DNA from: a virus
Lineage: Duplodnaviria > Heunggongvirae > Uroviricota > Caudoviricetes
Length of the DNA: 34,196 nt
Direction: 5' to 3' (one strand)
IMG/VR virus record: IMGVR_UViG_2563366972_000006
Below are positions 18,444 to 27,875 of this stretch, one piece after another. Every line of letters begins with the position of its first letter. Within the stretch, counting starts at the first letter, position 1. The position numbers and the translations under genes are program-made. The notes under the pieces are model-generated. The model saw only the letters and a list, made by a program, of their open reading frames with translations, made no database searches and was not told the DNA's origin.

Positions 18444-18836
18444 ATGTCTGAACCCTTATCCGGTTCTGGTACAGCCGCTGCGCTCGGCGGGGCGACGGTA
18501 TTCGGACTGTTTACCGGGACGGATTTCGGGATTGTGTTTGGGGCGTTCGCCGGAGCGTTGTTTGTGGCAACGATACCGCAGTCGCTTTCAGCCTGGCGGG
18601 TGGCGGCACATTTTCTGGTGTCGTTCATTGTCGGCGTGCTGGGAGCGCGCGTGCTGTCAGCCTGGATTGCAGCAAAAACAGGTTATGACGGTACATCGGC
18701 GGATGCACTGTGTGCGGTGCTGGTATCGGTGGTGTCGGTAAAGATTCTGTCGTTTATCCACCAACAGGATATCGCATCACTGGTGTCCGGCCTGTTCTCC
18801 CGCCTGCGGGGGGGAGGAGGCGGCAATGTTAAGTAA
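18444..18836 (+). CDS. Putative holin (Gly-rich membrane protein), 130 aa
   Basis: AGGAG RBS then ATG at 18444 (internal Met of track ORF 18378-18836); hydrophobic Gly/Ala-rich helices; first gene of lysis cassette. Confidence 0.6.
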   Translation: MSEPLSGSGTAAALGGATVFGLFTGTDFGIVFGAFAGALFVATIPQSLSAWRVAAHFLVSFIVGVLGARVLSAWIAAKTGYDGTSADALCAVLVSVVSVKILSFIHQQDIASLVSGLFSRLRGGGGGNVK

Positions 18837-19101
18837 CCTTCCCGGATTGCTGAATGTGGCGTTATGCACGGTTATCGTGCTGACGCTCTTTTTTTATCGT
18901 CGTTGTGATTCCAGACATAAACCGCTGATGTCATGGCTGGCCTGGCTGTTGATGTTGCTTTATGCCTTAACGCCTCTCAGCTATCTGTGTGGTCGCCCGT
19001 TAGCAACGGGCTGGCTGGAAGTGTTTTTTAATCTGTTGTTCTGCGTGCTGGTAATACGTGCTCGCGGGAACGTTTCAAAAATCCTTTCATCCCGGAGGTG
19101 A
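18826..19101 (+). CDS. Second small membrane protein of the lysis cassette (holin/antiholin-like), 91 aa
   Basis: Two hydrophobic segments (LLNVALCTVIVLTLFFY, WLAWLLMLLYALTPLSYL); overlaps both neighbours. Confidence 0.5.
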   Translation: MLSNLPGLLNVALCTVIVLTLFFYRRCDSRHKPLMSWLAWLLMLLYALTPLSYLCGRPLATGWLEVFFNLLFCVLVIRARGNVSKILSSRR

Positions 19102-19481
19102 ACATGTCGGGTAAATTCAGATTCAGCCGTCGGAGCGAGAAAAATCTGGAGGGCGTCAAACCACAACTGGTTGCCGTGGTTCGTCGTGCGCTGGAGCTGA
19201 CGGAGGTTGATTTCGGTATTACGGAAGGGCTGCGCACGAAAGAACGCCAGAAACAGCTGGTCGCGGAAGGGAAAAGCCAGACCATGAACAGCCGTCACCT
19301 GACCGGTGATGCGGTGGATGTTGTGGCCTACATTGGCAGCCAGGTGTCATGGGACTGGCCTCTGTACGAGAAAATAGCGCAGGCATTTAAGCAGGCTGGC
19401 GCAGAGCTGAATACTCCCATTGAATGGGGCGGGGACTGGAGTTCTCTGAAAGACGGACCACATTTCCAGCTGAAGCGATGA
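19098..19481 (+). CDS. Endolysin, M15-family L-alanyl-D-glutamate peptidase type
   Basis: SRHLTGDAVDV (H-x6-D zinc-ligand motif) and C-terminal GPHFQ; position after holins. Confidence 0.8.
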   Translation: MNMSGKFRFSRRSEKNLEGVKPQLVAVVRRALELTEVDFGITEGLRTKERQKQLVAEGKSQTMNSRHLTGDAVDVVAYIGSQVSWDWPLYEKIAQAFKQAGAELNTPIEWGGDWSSLKDGPHFQLKR

Positions 19482-19496
19482 CAGCAGGGGCTGAAT

Positions 19497-19964
19497 ATGA
19501 GCAGAGTTACTGCGATTATCTCCCCTCTGGTTTTCTGCATCATTGTCTGCCTGTCATTGGCTGTTAATCATTACCGTAATAATGCCATTACCTACAAAGC
19601 GCAGCGTGACAAAAACGCCAGAGAGCTGAAACTGGCGAACGTGACAATTACTGACATGCATCAGCGCCAGCGTGATGTTGCTGCACTTGATGCCAGATAC
19701 ACGAAGGAGTTAGCTGATGCGAAAGCTGAAAATGATGCTCTTCGGCGTAAGCTTGATAATGGTGGACGGATGCTCGTCAAAGCCAGATGTACAGTGCCAG
19801 CCACAACAAAAGGCTCCGGCACCGCCATCGTGGGCAATGATGCCACCGTCGAACTCTCTCCAGTTGCTGGACGAAACGTTCTCGGTATCCGGGGGGGAAT
19901 CATCAGCGACCAGGCAGCCTTGAGAACGCTACAGGAGTACATCAGGACGCAATGTCTGAATTAA
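19497..19964 (+). CDS. Rz-like i-spanin
   Basis: N-terminal TM segment, coiled-coil-like middle, follows endolysin; contains an embedded +1 frame ORF. Confidence 0.75.
   Translation: MSRVTAIISPLVFCIIVCLSLAVNHYRNNAITYKAQRDKNARELKLANVTITDMHQRQRDVAALDARYTKELADAKAENDALRRKLDNGGRMLVKARCTVPATTKGSGTAIVGNDATVELSPVAGRNVLGIRGGIISDQAALRTLQEYIRTQCLN
19717..19923 (+). CDS. Rz1-like o-spanin lipoprotein embedded in Rz
   Basis: Signal peptide with Cys (LIMVDGC), Pro-rich mature part ([16 protein letters not shown]); entirely inside Rz in another frame. Confidence 0.6.
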   Translation: MRKLKMMLFGVSLIMVDGCSSKPDVQCQPQQKAPAPPSWAMMPPSNSLQLLDETFSVSGGESSATRQP

Positions 19965-19965
19965 C

Positions 19966-19996
19966 AGAGCCAGCTTAATTGCTGGCTGTTTGTGTG
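19966..19996. terminator. Hairpin between convergent Rz and phosphatase genes (bidirectional terminator candidate)
   Basis: AGCCAGC-TTAATT-GCTGGCT followed by GTTTGTGTG. Confidence 0.5.
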
Positions 19997-20033
19997 AGGA
20001 TGGGATTGTGTCAATGTTCAGGTATTATATGAA

Positions 20034-20615
20034 TTACTGGATAAAATCGTTCGGTTTTGAATATCCGTCAAGAACCAGATCGTGATTCTCCCGATGAAGA
20101 ACCAGTGTATCCATATAATCAGGTTTAAATCTCCAGCCGTTCATCTTTTTTGCAATTTTCGACAGACAGTGGTTATGTGTGAAAATTACAGCAATATTAT
20201 CAAATTGTGATATTTCCAGTATATTGTTTACTGCGTCATTATCGCAGGTTGAAATATCAGGAGTGGTTGCTGTTTTCCCACCCGAAAAAAAAGAGGCTGT
20301 CTGTATCGTTCGGACTGTATCTGTTGAATAGAGACCGTAGTCCGGAAACATTTTGCTGAATGCGTTTCCATATTGTTGAGCCTTGCTGGCTCCATTTATT
20401 GTGATTCCATCACGTTCTGACAGGCATGTATTGGTGGAGCGATCACATCGTTCTCCATGTCTGATGAGAAAAATAAGCTGATGCTTCTGGTTAATTTCAG
20501 CGATGTCATTCATATCAAGCCTGGTCGGAGTTCTTGCTATATATATGATTGACAGAGAAATTAATATAACGAGTAAAGATATAATCAGAAATTTTATTAT
20601 TTTGCGGCTGGGCAT
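20034..20615 (-). CDS. Histidine phosphatase, Ais/PmrG-like (LPS core heptose(II)-phosphate phosphatase family); moron
   Basis: N-terminal signal/TM segment, catalytic RHGERCDRS motif, VRTIQTA, IAVIFTHNHCL, FKPDYMD blocks matching recalled E. coli Ais; AT-rich; opposite strand to the late operon; AAGGA RBS before ATG 20615. Confidence 0.75.
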   Translation of the reverse strand: MPSRKIIKFLIISLLVILISLSIIYIARTPTRLDMNDIAEINQKHQLIFLIRHGERCDRSTNTCLSERDGITINGASKAQQYGNAFSKMFPDYGLYSTDTVRTIQTASFFSGGKTATTPDISTCDNDAVNNILEISQFDNIAVIFTHNHCLSKIAKKMNGWRFKPDYMDTLVLHRENHDLVLDGYSKPNDFIQ

Positions 20616-20692
20616 ATAAATATCCTTATACAAGTGTGTGAAAAAGGACATTATTATTTGTAAATCTTATGTAATCCTTAAGGGGGTCTGAC

Positions 20693-20836
20693 GTGGAGAA
20701 ATGGGCACTGGTAGCGATACTGGTGCCTTTTTTATTGGTGGGATGCGTCAGCCTGGATAAGGCGCGCCAGTTTTTCGATACCGCGTCTCAGGTCTGCCAG
20801 CTTATTGATGACTTTCGACGGTGTACGCAGAACTGA
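20693..20836 (+). CDS. Putative small lipoprotein, 47 aa (GTG start)
   Basis: AAGGGGG RBS 6 nt before GTG; hand translation VEKWALVAILVPFLLVGCVSLDKARQFFDTASQVCQLIDDFRRCTQN with lipobox LVGC; not in ORF track. Confidence 0.35.
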   Translation: MEKWALVAILVPFLLVGCVSLDKARQFFDTASQVCQLIDDFRRCTQN

Positions 20837-21007
20837 TCGCCGGTAAGAACAGAATATTTTTCTGAAAAATGAAGGGTGTGCCCGCGTGCAGAAAGCATGA
20901 AATTCTGTGTTTGTGGTTATTCAATAAAATAAAATCTTTCTTTCGCCGCGAATACTCAAATGTTGATCAGCGCCCGGTGCGGCGACGGGCTTCGATATCA
21001 GGAGACG

Positions 21008-21307
21008 ATGATGGAAAAAACAGAAAACAAACCGATTGTAATTGGTGCTGCTGCTGTTCCGTTTAAGTTTGAGTTGTCTCAACTGGTGGAGATGCGCATC
21101 AGTGATGAATGGGGTGAGGTTAAAGCCCGCGCGCAGTATGCGGATGGCGAAAACCAGTACTTGCTCCACTATAAAGCAGCTGATGGTCGCGCCACGACGG
21201 AGTGGTTTGGTGAGTCAATGCTGGAAGCAACAGAAGATGATCGCCATCCGGGGTGTCCGGTATTTGCCTGCATGAAATTACCGGAAGGCGCAGTCGTTAC
21301 TGAATAA
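21008..21307 (+). CDS. Hypothetical protein, about 99 aa
   Basis: AGGAG RBS then ATG ATG at 21008; no family recognised. Confidence 0.45.
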   Translation: MMEKTENKPIVIGAAAVPFKFELSQLVEMRISDEWGEVKARAQYADGENQYLLHYKAADGRATTEWFGESMLEATEDDRHPGCPVFACMKLPEGAVVTE

Positions 21308-21469
21308 CAGGTATTACAGCAGTTCTTCGGTGATGGGCTGCTGTAATGCAGGTGTTAGAGTGTGTGTAAATGATGATTGCTCCCATTTTCACGGGTCCTT
21401 TCCAGAACCTGAAACACCGGGGGTCATGGGACGCGCAAAAACGCGCTATTTATGAAAATTTTCCAGGAA

Positions 21470-21590
21470 AAAGCATGTCGGTACTTCTCGCGCGTAACTG
21501 TTTGTTTTTTCAGATATCGTATCTGTAAAAGGTCCGACATGATATCGCTCAAAAATGCCTTATTCAGGCGTTTTCATGTCGGACCTTGTA
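21470..21590. promoter_or_regulatory. Candidate cos / terminase small-subunit binding region
   Basis: Three copies of CATGTCGG(T/A)C in mixed orientation (21474-21484, 21532-21541 inverted, 21575-21585) directly upstream of the Nu1-like gene. Confidence 0.35.
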
Positions 21591-21609
21591 TTTGATATGG
21601 AAATGTATT

Positions 21610-22158
21610 GTGAAAGTTAACAAAAAGAAACTTGCTGAAATTTTCAACGTGGATCCACGAACGATTGAACGTTGGCAGTCTCAGGGGCTGAGAGTTTTGT
21701 CGGGGGGAGGCAAAGGTATCGAGGCCATGTTCAATACTACAGAAGCCATTGAGTGGTATGCGCAGCGGGAAAAAGATATCGAAAATGAAAAGCTCCGCAA
21801 AGAACTGGAAGATTCGCGTGCGGCTGCAGAATCAGATTTACAACCCGGCACCATTGACTATGAACGCTACCGGCTCACTAAAGCACAGGCTGACGCACAG
21901 GAGCTGAAAAATGCCCGCGAAGAAGGGCTGGTGCTGGAAACGGAATTGTTTACTTTCATTCTGCAACGTGTGGCTCAGGAGATTTCGGGAATACTTGTAC
22001 GTGTGCCGCTGACATTACAGCGTAAATATCCGGATATTTCACCGTCACACCTTGATGTGGTGAAAACTGAAATTGCGAAAGCCTCCAATGTTGCAGCTAA
22101 AGCCGGTGAAAACGTGGGCAGGTGGATTGATGATTTCAGACGCACAGAAGGCAGCTAA
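21610..22158 (+). CDS. nu1: Terminase small subunit (lambda Nu1-like)
   Basis: [34 protein letters not shown]...[12 protein letters not shown]...[28 protein letters not shown] closely parallels recalled lambda Nu1; GTG 21610 chosen by homology, track ORF starts at TTG 21586. Confidence 0.85.
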   Translation: MKVNKKKLAEIFNVDPRTIERWQSQGLRVLSGGGKGIEAMFNTTEAIEWYAQREKDIENEKLRKELEDSRAAAESDLQPGTIDYERYRLTKAQADAQELKNAREEGLVLETELFTFILQRVAQEISGILVRVPLTLQRKYPDISPSHLDVVKTEIAKASNVAAKAGENVGRWIDDFRRTEGS

Positions 22159-24046
22159 TGCAGCCGGTGCGATAGCCACAGGGCTTTTATCTCTCAATAT
22201 TCCGGTTCCACTGACGACGGTTCAGTGGGCTGATCAAAATTATTATCTGCCGAAAGAATCTTCATATACCCCCGGGCAATGGGAAACCCTGCCGTTTCAG
22301 GTTGCCATTATGAACAGCATGGGAAATGACCGGATCCGCACCGTTAATCTGATTAAATCGGCGCGCGTTGGTTACACCAAAATGCTGTTGGGGGTGGAGG
22401 CTTATTTTATTGAGCATAAATCCCGTAACAGTCTGCTTTTTCAGCCAACAGATTCTGCGGCAGAAGATTTCATGAAATCTCATGTTGAGCCAACGATCAG
22501 GGATGTCCCTGCATTGCTGGAGCTGGCTCCATGGTTCGGAAGAAAGCACCGCGATAATACACTCACCCTGAAGCGTTTTTCCTCCGGCGTGGGGTTCTGG
22601 TGCCTGGGCGGTGCCGCAGCTAAAAACTACCGTGAAAAATCTGTGGATGTGGTCTGCTATGACGAACTCTCCTCGTTTGAACCGGATGTGGAAAAAGAAG
22701 GCTCGCCGACGCTGCTTGGCGATAAACGTATCGAAGGCTCGGTATGGCCTAAATCCATACGTGGCTCAATGCCGAAAATTAAAGGCTCCTGCCAGATTGA
22801 GAAAGCCGCGAATGAATCTGCGCATTTCATGCGGTTTTATGTCCCTTGCCCTCATTGCGGGGAGACCCAGTATCTGAAGTTTGGCGATGATGCGACGCCG
22901 TCTGGCCTGAAATGGGAGAAGGGTAAACCGGAAACGGTGTATTACCTGTGTGAACATAATGGCTGTGTGATCCGGCAGTCGGAACTTGACCAGACCGACG
23001 GACGCTGGATTTGTGACAATACCGGGATGTGGACGCGTGATGGCCTGACATTTTACAGCGCCGGTGATGAGGAGATGCCGCCACCGCGCTCAATCTCGTA
23101 CCATATCTGGACGGCGTACAGTCCGTTCACCACCTGGGTGCAGATTGTCTACGACTGGCTGGATGCGCTGAAGGATCCGAACGGCGTCAAGACGTTTATT
23201 AACACCACGCTCGGGGAACCCTATGAAGAGGCCGTGGCAGAAAAACTGAGCTTTGAGTTGTTGCTGGAAAAGGTCTGCCACTATGGCGCGCAGGTCCCCC
23301 TGCGGGTGGTTTACCTGACCGCCGGGATCGACTCCCAGAAAGATCGCTATGAAATTTATGTCTGGGGCTGGGCTCCCGGCGAAGAAGCCTTTCTGATTGA
23401 TAAGCAAATTATCATGGGGCGACCGGAAGACGAGGACACCCTTAAACGTGTTGATACGGTGATCCGGAAAAAATATCGTCATGCTGACGGTACTGAAATT
23501 TCCATTTCCCGTGTCTGCTGGGATACCGGTGGTATCGACCAGGACATTGTGTATCAACGTTCCAGGAAACACGGCACTTTTTTTGTGCTTCCCATAAAAG
23601 GGGCATCGGTGTATGGCAAGCCGGTGATCACCATGCCCAAAAAGCGCAACCAGCGTGGTGTGTTTTTGTGTGAGGTGGGCTCCGATACCGTCAAGGAAAT
23701 GCTGTACGCCCGTTTTGCCCTGCCAGTGGTCTCTGCCAGTGAAGCCGCTCCGTATACCTTCCGTTTTCCGGATAACCCCGACATTTTTTCGGAAGAAGAG
23801 GCGCGTCAGATCGTGGCGGAAGAGCTGGTGGAGAAGGTGGTTAATGGCAGGGTGAAACTGCTGTGGGATAAAAAAGGGCGACGCAACGAAGCCCTCGACT
23901 GCCTGGTATATGCCTATGCTGCCCTGCGTATTTCAGTTCAGCGGTGGCAGCTGGATCTTGAAGCATTGGCCCGTGCCAGAAGAGATGAGCAGGACGACGA
24001 AGAGATGAGTCTGGAAGAAATCGCGGCTGCACTGAGTGGAGGATAA
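22130..24046 (+). CDS. A: Terminase large subunit (lambda gpA-like)
   Basis: [33 protein letters not shown]...[10 protein letters not shown]...[10 protein letters not shown]...ICWDTGGID conserved with recalled lambda A; ATG 22130 with AGGTGG RBS, overlapping Nu1 end as in lambda (track ORF starts 22073). Confidence 0.9.
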   Translation: MISDAQKAANAAGAIATGLLSLNIPVPLTTVQWADQNYYLPKESSYTPGQWETLPFQVAIMNSMGNDRIRTVNLIKSARVGYTKMLLGVEAYFIEHKSRNSLLFQPTDSAAEDFMKSHVEPTIRDVPALLELAPWFGRKHRDNTLTLKRFSSGVGFWCLGGAAAKNYREKSVDVVCYDELSSFEPDVEKEGSPTLLGDKRIEGSVWPKSIRGSMPKIKGSCQIEKAANESAHFMRFYVPCPHCGETQYLKFGDDATPSGLKWEKGKPETVYYLCEHNGCVIRQSELDQTDGRWICDNTGMWTRDGLTFYSAGDEEMPPPRSISYHIWTAYSPFTTWVQIVYDWLDALKDPNGVKTFINTTLGEPYEEAVAEKLSFELLLEKVCHYGAQVPLRVVYLTAGIDSQKDRYEIYVWGWAPGEEAFLIDKQIIMGRPEDEDTLKRVDTVIRKKYRHADGTEISISRVCWDTGGIDQDIVYQRSRKHGTFFVLPIKGASVYGKPVITMPKKRNQRGVFLCEVGSDTVKEMLYARFALPVVSASEAAPYTFRFPDNPDIFSEEEARQIVAEELVEKVVNGRVKLLWDKKGRRNEALDCLVYAYAALRISVQRWQLDLEALARARRDEQDDEEMSLEEIAAALSGG

Positions 24047-24049
24047 AGA

Positions 24050-24259
24050 ATGGTTTATACGCATGAAATGCTTTGTGATGCCCGCCGGGCATTACATGAA
24101 CTGATGATCGGACGTGCTGTGGTTTCCGTCAGCAAGGACGGGCGTCAGGTTCAGTATTCGCGGGCGACGATTGGTGAACTGCGTCAGTATATTGAAGAGC
24201 TGGAAAGTGCGCTGGGTGTATCCGGACGGCGTCGCGGCCCGGCAGGAGTGGGGCTGTGA
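24050..24259 (+). CDS. W: Head-tail joining protein (lambda gpW-like)
   Basis: 69 aa ending RRRGPAGVGL, parallel to recalled lambda W C-terminus RRRGPAGFYV. Confidence 0.8.
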   Translation: MVYTHEMLCDARRALHELMIGRAVVSVSKDGRQVQYSRATIGELRQYIEELESALGVSGRRRGPAGVGL

Positions 24260-25827
24260 ACGGGGAGCTGGTGGATCTTCACGGGCAGCCACTGCGGCAG
24301 AGTATGGGGTATTCCGGAGGTGGTACCGGATTTGGCGGGCAGCTTGCGGAATGGCTGCCTGCACCGGAAAGTGCCGACGTGGCGCTCTTACCTTCCATTC
24401 AGCTGGGTAACGCCCGTGCGGATGATCTGGTCCGCAATAACGGTATTGCCGCAAACGCCGTTGAAATTCATAAAGACCATATCGTCGGACACATGTTTCG
24501 TCTGAGTTACCGGCCCAACTGGCGCTGGTTGGGAATGTCGGAAGCCGATTCACATGCCTTTATTGAAGATGTGGAGGCGGCGTGGATGGAATTCTGCGAT
24601 CCGGTGTTTGGTTCGATGGATGTGGAAGGGCGTCGTTCGTTTACCGAATTTATTCGTGAAGGGGTGGGCGTTCATACGTTTAACGGTGAAATTTTTGTCC
24701 AGCCCGTATGGGATACGGAATCCACGTCATTATTCCGGACGAAATTCAAGACCATCAGCCCGAAACGTGTCAGTACACCCGGTTATGGTACCGGCGATCG
24801 TTTTATGCGTGCCGGGGTGGAAATCAACCGGTACGGGAAAGCACTGGCCTACCATGTTCAGGAAGATGACTGGCCCGGTTACGGTGTCAGCAACTGGACG
24901 CGGATTGCGGCGACGCTGCCCTCCGGGCGACCTGGCATGATCCATGTGTTTCAGCCGCAGGAGGACGGGCAGACGCGCGGGGCCAACCAGTTTTATTCTG
25001 TCATGGAACGCCTCAAGATGCTCGACACACTGCAGGCCACGCAACTGCAGTCGGCGGTGGTGCGGGCGATGTATGCCGCGACGATTGAATCCACGCTGGA
25101 TTCGGAAAAAGCATTTGAATATATCGCCGGGGTGGGAGATGACGGTAAAAATCCCCTGAACACCATCATGAAAGGCTACGCGCGTTATTACGCCACCAAT
25201 ACGGTAAAGCTGGGCGGGGTCCGTATTCCACATCTTTATCCGGGGGATTCACTGAATCTGCAGACAGCGCAGAATGCAGATAATGGTTTCTCTGAACTGG
25301 AAAAGGCGCTGTTACGTTACATTGCTGCCGGACTGGGGGTGTCCTATGAACAGCTTTCCCGTGATTATTCACAGGTCAGTTATTCCAGTGCCAGGGCATC
25401 CGCCAATGAGTCGTGGCGGTATTTTATGGGCAAACGAAAATTTGTGGCCAGCCGGCTGGCATCACAGATGTTTGCCTGCTGGCTGGAGGAAGCTCTTATT
25501 CGCGATGTGGTCCGCCCGCCGAAATCCCGTTTTTCATTCTGGGAGGCCCGTTCCGGATGGTGTCGTGCCGAGTGGATTGGTGCCGGTCGCATGGCGATTG
25601 ATGGCCTTAAGGAAGTGCAGGAAGCGGTGATGCGTATTGAAGGTGGTTTAAGCACGTACGAGAAAGAGCTGGCCCTGATGGGCGATGACTATCAGGAGAT
25701 TTTCCGCCAGCAACTGCGTGAAAGCCAGGAGCGACAGGCAGCGGGTCTTCCCCGCCCCATCTGGATAAAGGACACGTTTGTGCAGCAGATCCGACAGACA
25801 ACGGGAGAAAAAGGCGATGCGTCGTAA
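24256..25827 (+). CDS. B: Portal protein (lambda gpB-like)
   Basis: 523-aa ORF after W, GTG start with AGGAG RBS; lambda-type gene order. Confidence 0.85.
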   Translation: MNGELVDLHGQPLRQSMGYSGGGTGFGGQLAEWLPAPESADVALLPSIQLGNARADDLVRNNGIAANAVEIHKDHIVGHMFRLSYRPNWRWLGMSEADSHAFIEDVEAAWMEFCDPVFGSMDVEGRRSFTEFIREGVGVHTFNGEIFVQPVWDTESTSLFRTKFKTISPKRVSTPGYGTGDRFMRAGVEINRYGKALAYHVQEDDWPGYGVSNWTRIAATLPSGRPGMIHVFQPQEDGQTRGANQFYSVMERLKMLDTLQATQLQSAVVRAMYAATIESTLDSEKAFEYIAGVGDDGKNPLNTIMKGYARYYATNTVKLGGVRIPHLYPGDSLNLQTAQNADNGFSELEKALLRYIAAGLGVSYEQLSRDYSQVSYSSARASANESWRYFMGKRKFVASRLASQMFACWLEEALIRDVVRPPKSRFSFWEARSGWCRAEWIGAGRMAIDGLKEVQEAVMRIEGGLSTYEKELALMGDDYQEIFRQQLRESQERQAAGLPRPIWIKDTFVQQIRQTTGEKGDAS

Positions 25828-27433
25828 TTTATCGCATATTGCCGCCATGGCATTTAATGAGCCGCTTTTACTGGAACCCGCCTATGCGCGGGTTTTCTTT
25901 TGCGCGCTGGGTAAAGAGATGGGAGCCGGCAGCCTTGCCGTTCCTCAGGAGGCTGTTCAGCTTGATGCTGATGGTATGCAACTGGCTGTGACTGACTATA
26001 TGGCGGGCGGTCAGCGTCCGGCAAAGAGTTACCAGGTGAAGAATGGCATCGCCATTCTGCCGGTGAGCGGCACGCTGGTGCATAAACTGGGTACCCTGCG
26101 GCCTTACTCCGGCATGACTGGCTATGACGGCCTGACGGCCCGCCTTCAGATGGCGGTAAATGATCCGGATGTGCGTGGCATTTTGCTGGATATCGACAGC
26201 CCGGGCGGTCAGGCTGCCGGGGCGTTTGACTGTGCTGACATGATTTACCGTCTGCGGGAACAGAAGCCCGTGTGGGCGCTGTGTAATGACATGGCCTGTT
26301 CAGCCGCCATGTTGCTGGCGGCAGCCTGTACCCGTCGGCTGGTCACGCAGACGGCAAAAATTGGTTCGATTGGCGTGATGATGGCGCATACCAGTTACGA
26401 GAAACAACTGGCACAGGAAGGGGTGGACATCACGCTGATTTACTCCGGGCAGCACAAGGTTGACGGCAACAGTATTCAGGCATTGCCGGCAGGTGTGCGT
26501 GCAGATTTTCAGCGCCGTATTGATGAGGCCCGCCGGATGTTTGTCGACAAGGTGGCGCTTTATACGGGGCTGAGTTCAGAGGCGGTGATGAATACCGAGG
26601 CTGCCGTTTATGACGGTCAGGCAGGCATTGATGCAGGCCTGGCTGATCAACTGATTAATGCTGCAGATGCCGTTGAAGTGATGGTTTTTGCACTGAATGA
26701 CTCTGTTACGAAGGAGAATGCAATGACTGTTAAAAATCTCACCGTTGCTGAAGCGGTGGCCCAGGAAAATCAGCGCGTGATGGGGATCCTGAATTGTCAG
26801 GAGGCGAAAGGGCGCGAGCAACTGGCGCAAATGCTGGCAGGTCAACCTGGAATGACGGTTGAGCAGGCGAAAACGTTGCTGGCTGCTGCGCCGGTTGCCG
26901 GTACTGACAGCACGGGTGATCAGATTATGGCGCTGCCGGAAGCAAAGGGGCGTGAGCAACTGGCACAGATGCTGGCAGGTCAACCGGGGATGACGGTGGC
27001 GCAGGCGAAAGCGTTTCTGGCGGCAGCCCCTGCTGCCGGTGCTGCAGGCACAGGCGATCAGATTATGGCGTTACCAGAAGCAAAAGGGCGTGAACAACTC
27101 GCGCAGGCGCTGGCTGAACAGCCGGGAATGACCGTTGACCAGGCCAAAACGTTACTGGCGGCGGCACCGGTTGCGGGTTCTGCAAGTGTCGGCGAGCAGA
27201 TTATGGCGCTGCCGGAGGCGAAAGGGCGCGAGCAACTTGCACAGGCACTGACAGAACAGCCAGGAATGACGGTGGCGCAGGCGAAAACGCTGCTGGCAGC
27301 CGCGCTGGCGGCATCGCAACCGTCACAGGAAACACTTTTTGATCGCTTTATGGCACAGCATGCTGCCAGTGCGGTTTCCGGTGGCGGAACTGCCGGGCGC
27401 GGGGAGGAAGACCTGCTGATGAGTATGCCGTAA
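25817..27433 (+). CDS. C: Head maturation protease (lambda gpC-like, ClpP/S49 type) with in-frame C-terminal scaffold region
   Basis: MRRNLSHIAAMAFNEPLLLEPAYARVFF...PYSGMTGYDG...GSIGVMMAHTSY parallels recalled lambda C; ATG 25817 overlaps portal stop. Confidence 0.85.
   Translation: MRRNLSHIAAMAFNEPLLLEPAYARVFFCALGKEMGAGSLAVPQEAVQLDADGMQLAVTDYMAGGQRPAKSYQVKNGIAILPVSGTLVHKLGTLRPYSGMTGYDGLTARLQMAVNDPDVRGILLDIDSPGGQAAGAFDCADMIYRLREQKPVWALCNDMACSAAMLLAAACTRRLVTQTAKIGSIGVMMAHTSYEKQLAQEGVDITLIYSGQHKVDGNSIQALPAGVRADFQRRIDEARRMFVDKVALYTGLSSEAVMNTEAAVYDGQAGIDAGLADQLINAADAVEVMVFALNDSVTKENAMTVKNLTVAEAVAQENQRVMGILNCQEAKGREQLAQMLAGQPGMTVEQAKTLLAAAPVAGTDSTGDQIMALPEAKGREQLAQMLAGQPGMTVAQAKAFLAAAPAAGAAGTGDQIMALPEAKGREQLAQALAEQPGMTVDQAKTLLAAAPVAGSASVGEQIMALPEAKGREQLAQALTEQPGMTVAQAKTLLAAALAASQPSQETLFDRFMAQHAASAVSGGGTAGRGEEDLLMSMP
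26723..27433 (+). CDS. nu3: Nu3-like scaffold protein from nested in-frame start within C
   Basis: Strong AAGGAG RBS 6 nt before internal ATG 26723; MTVKNLTVAEAVAQENQRVMGILNC parallels recalled lambda Nu3 start. Confidence 0.65.
   Translation: MTVKNLTVAEAVAQENQRVMGILNCQEAKGREQLAQMLAGQPGMTVEQAKTLLAAAPVAGTDSTGDQIMALPEAKGREQLAQMLAGQPGMTVAQAKAFLAAAPAAGAAGTGDQIMALPEAKGREQLAQALAEQPGMTVDQAKTLLAAAPVAGSASVGEQIMALPEAKGREQLAQALTEQPGMTVAQAKTLLAAALAASQPSQETLFDRFMAQHAASAVSGGGTAGRGEEDLLMSMP
26801..27352 (+). repeat. Four in-frame tandem repeats of 138 bp (46 aa) within the scaffold coding region
   Basis: Copies begin at 26801, 26939, 27077, 27215; protein repeat EAKGREQLAQ(M/A)LA(G/E)QPGMTV(E/A/D)QAK(T/A)(L/F)LAAAP.AG....G(D/E)QIMALP. 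Confidence 0.85.
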
Positions 27434-27471
27434 GTGATATCCGGAATTCAGATAAATCAGGAGACTGAAAA

Positions 27472-27807
27472 ATGATTAAAACCACCACGGAAAAGCGCGC
27501 GGATGTGCACATTTTTGCCGGAAACGATCCGGCGCATACCGCAAAAGCCACCAGTGGTATCAGTGCCGCCATGCCTGCACTGACGCCACTGATGCTGGAT
27601 GACGCCACCGGTAAACTGGTGGCATGGGATGGTCAGAAAGCCGGAACGGCAGTGGGCGTGCTGGCTCTGGCGCTCACCGGAACAGAACCCACGCTGACGT
27701 ACTACAAAAGCGGTACGTTTGCCACTGAGTCGCTGGTCTGGCCTGACTCTGTGGATGCGGTGAAAAAAGCCAACGCATTTGTGGGAAGTGCCATCAGCCA
27801 CGCCTGA
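27472..27807 (+). CDS. D: Head decoration protein (lambda gpD-like)
   Basis: 111 aa; PAMTPLMLD...KLVAWDG...TYYKSGTF blocks parallel recalled lambda D. Confidence 0.85.
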   Translation: MIKTTTEKRADVHIFAGNDPAHTAKATSGISAAMPALTPLMLDDATGKLVAWDGQKAGTAVGVLALALTGTEPTLTYYKSGTFATESLVWPDSVDAVKKANAFVGSAISHA

Positions 27808-27828
27808 TGGGGAAATGATTAACTGAAA

Positions 27829-27860
27829 AACGGGTCGCGATGCGGCCCGTTTGTGTTTCT
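27829..27860 (+). terminator. Hairpin with T-rich tail after D
   Basis: ACGGGTCGC-GAT-GCGGCCCGT (one G-U pair) followed by TTGTGTTTCT. Confidence 0.4.
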
Positions 27861-27875
27861 GAAGGAAAATAAATT

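Noticed and set aside
22262..23572. Minus-strand ORFs (95, 160 aa) within the large terminase gene
   Set aside because: Antisense to a strongly supported terminase ORF.
24092..25655. Minus-strand ORFs (153, 167, 91 aa) within the portal gene
   Set aside because: Antisense to the portal ORF; GC-rich coding regions commonly give long antisense frames.
26801..27352. Possible CRISPR-like or IS-related repeat
   Set aside because: The 138-bp repeats are in frame within a coding region and encode a repeated peptide; no IS transposase or terminal inverted repeats were recognised anywhere in the window.
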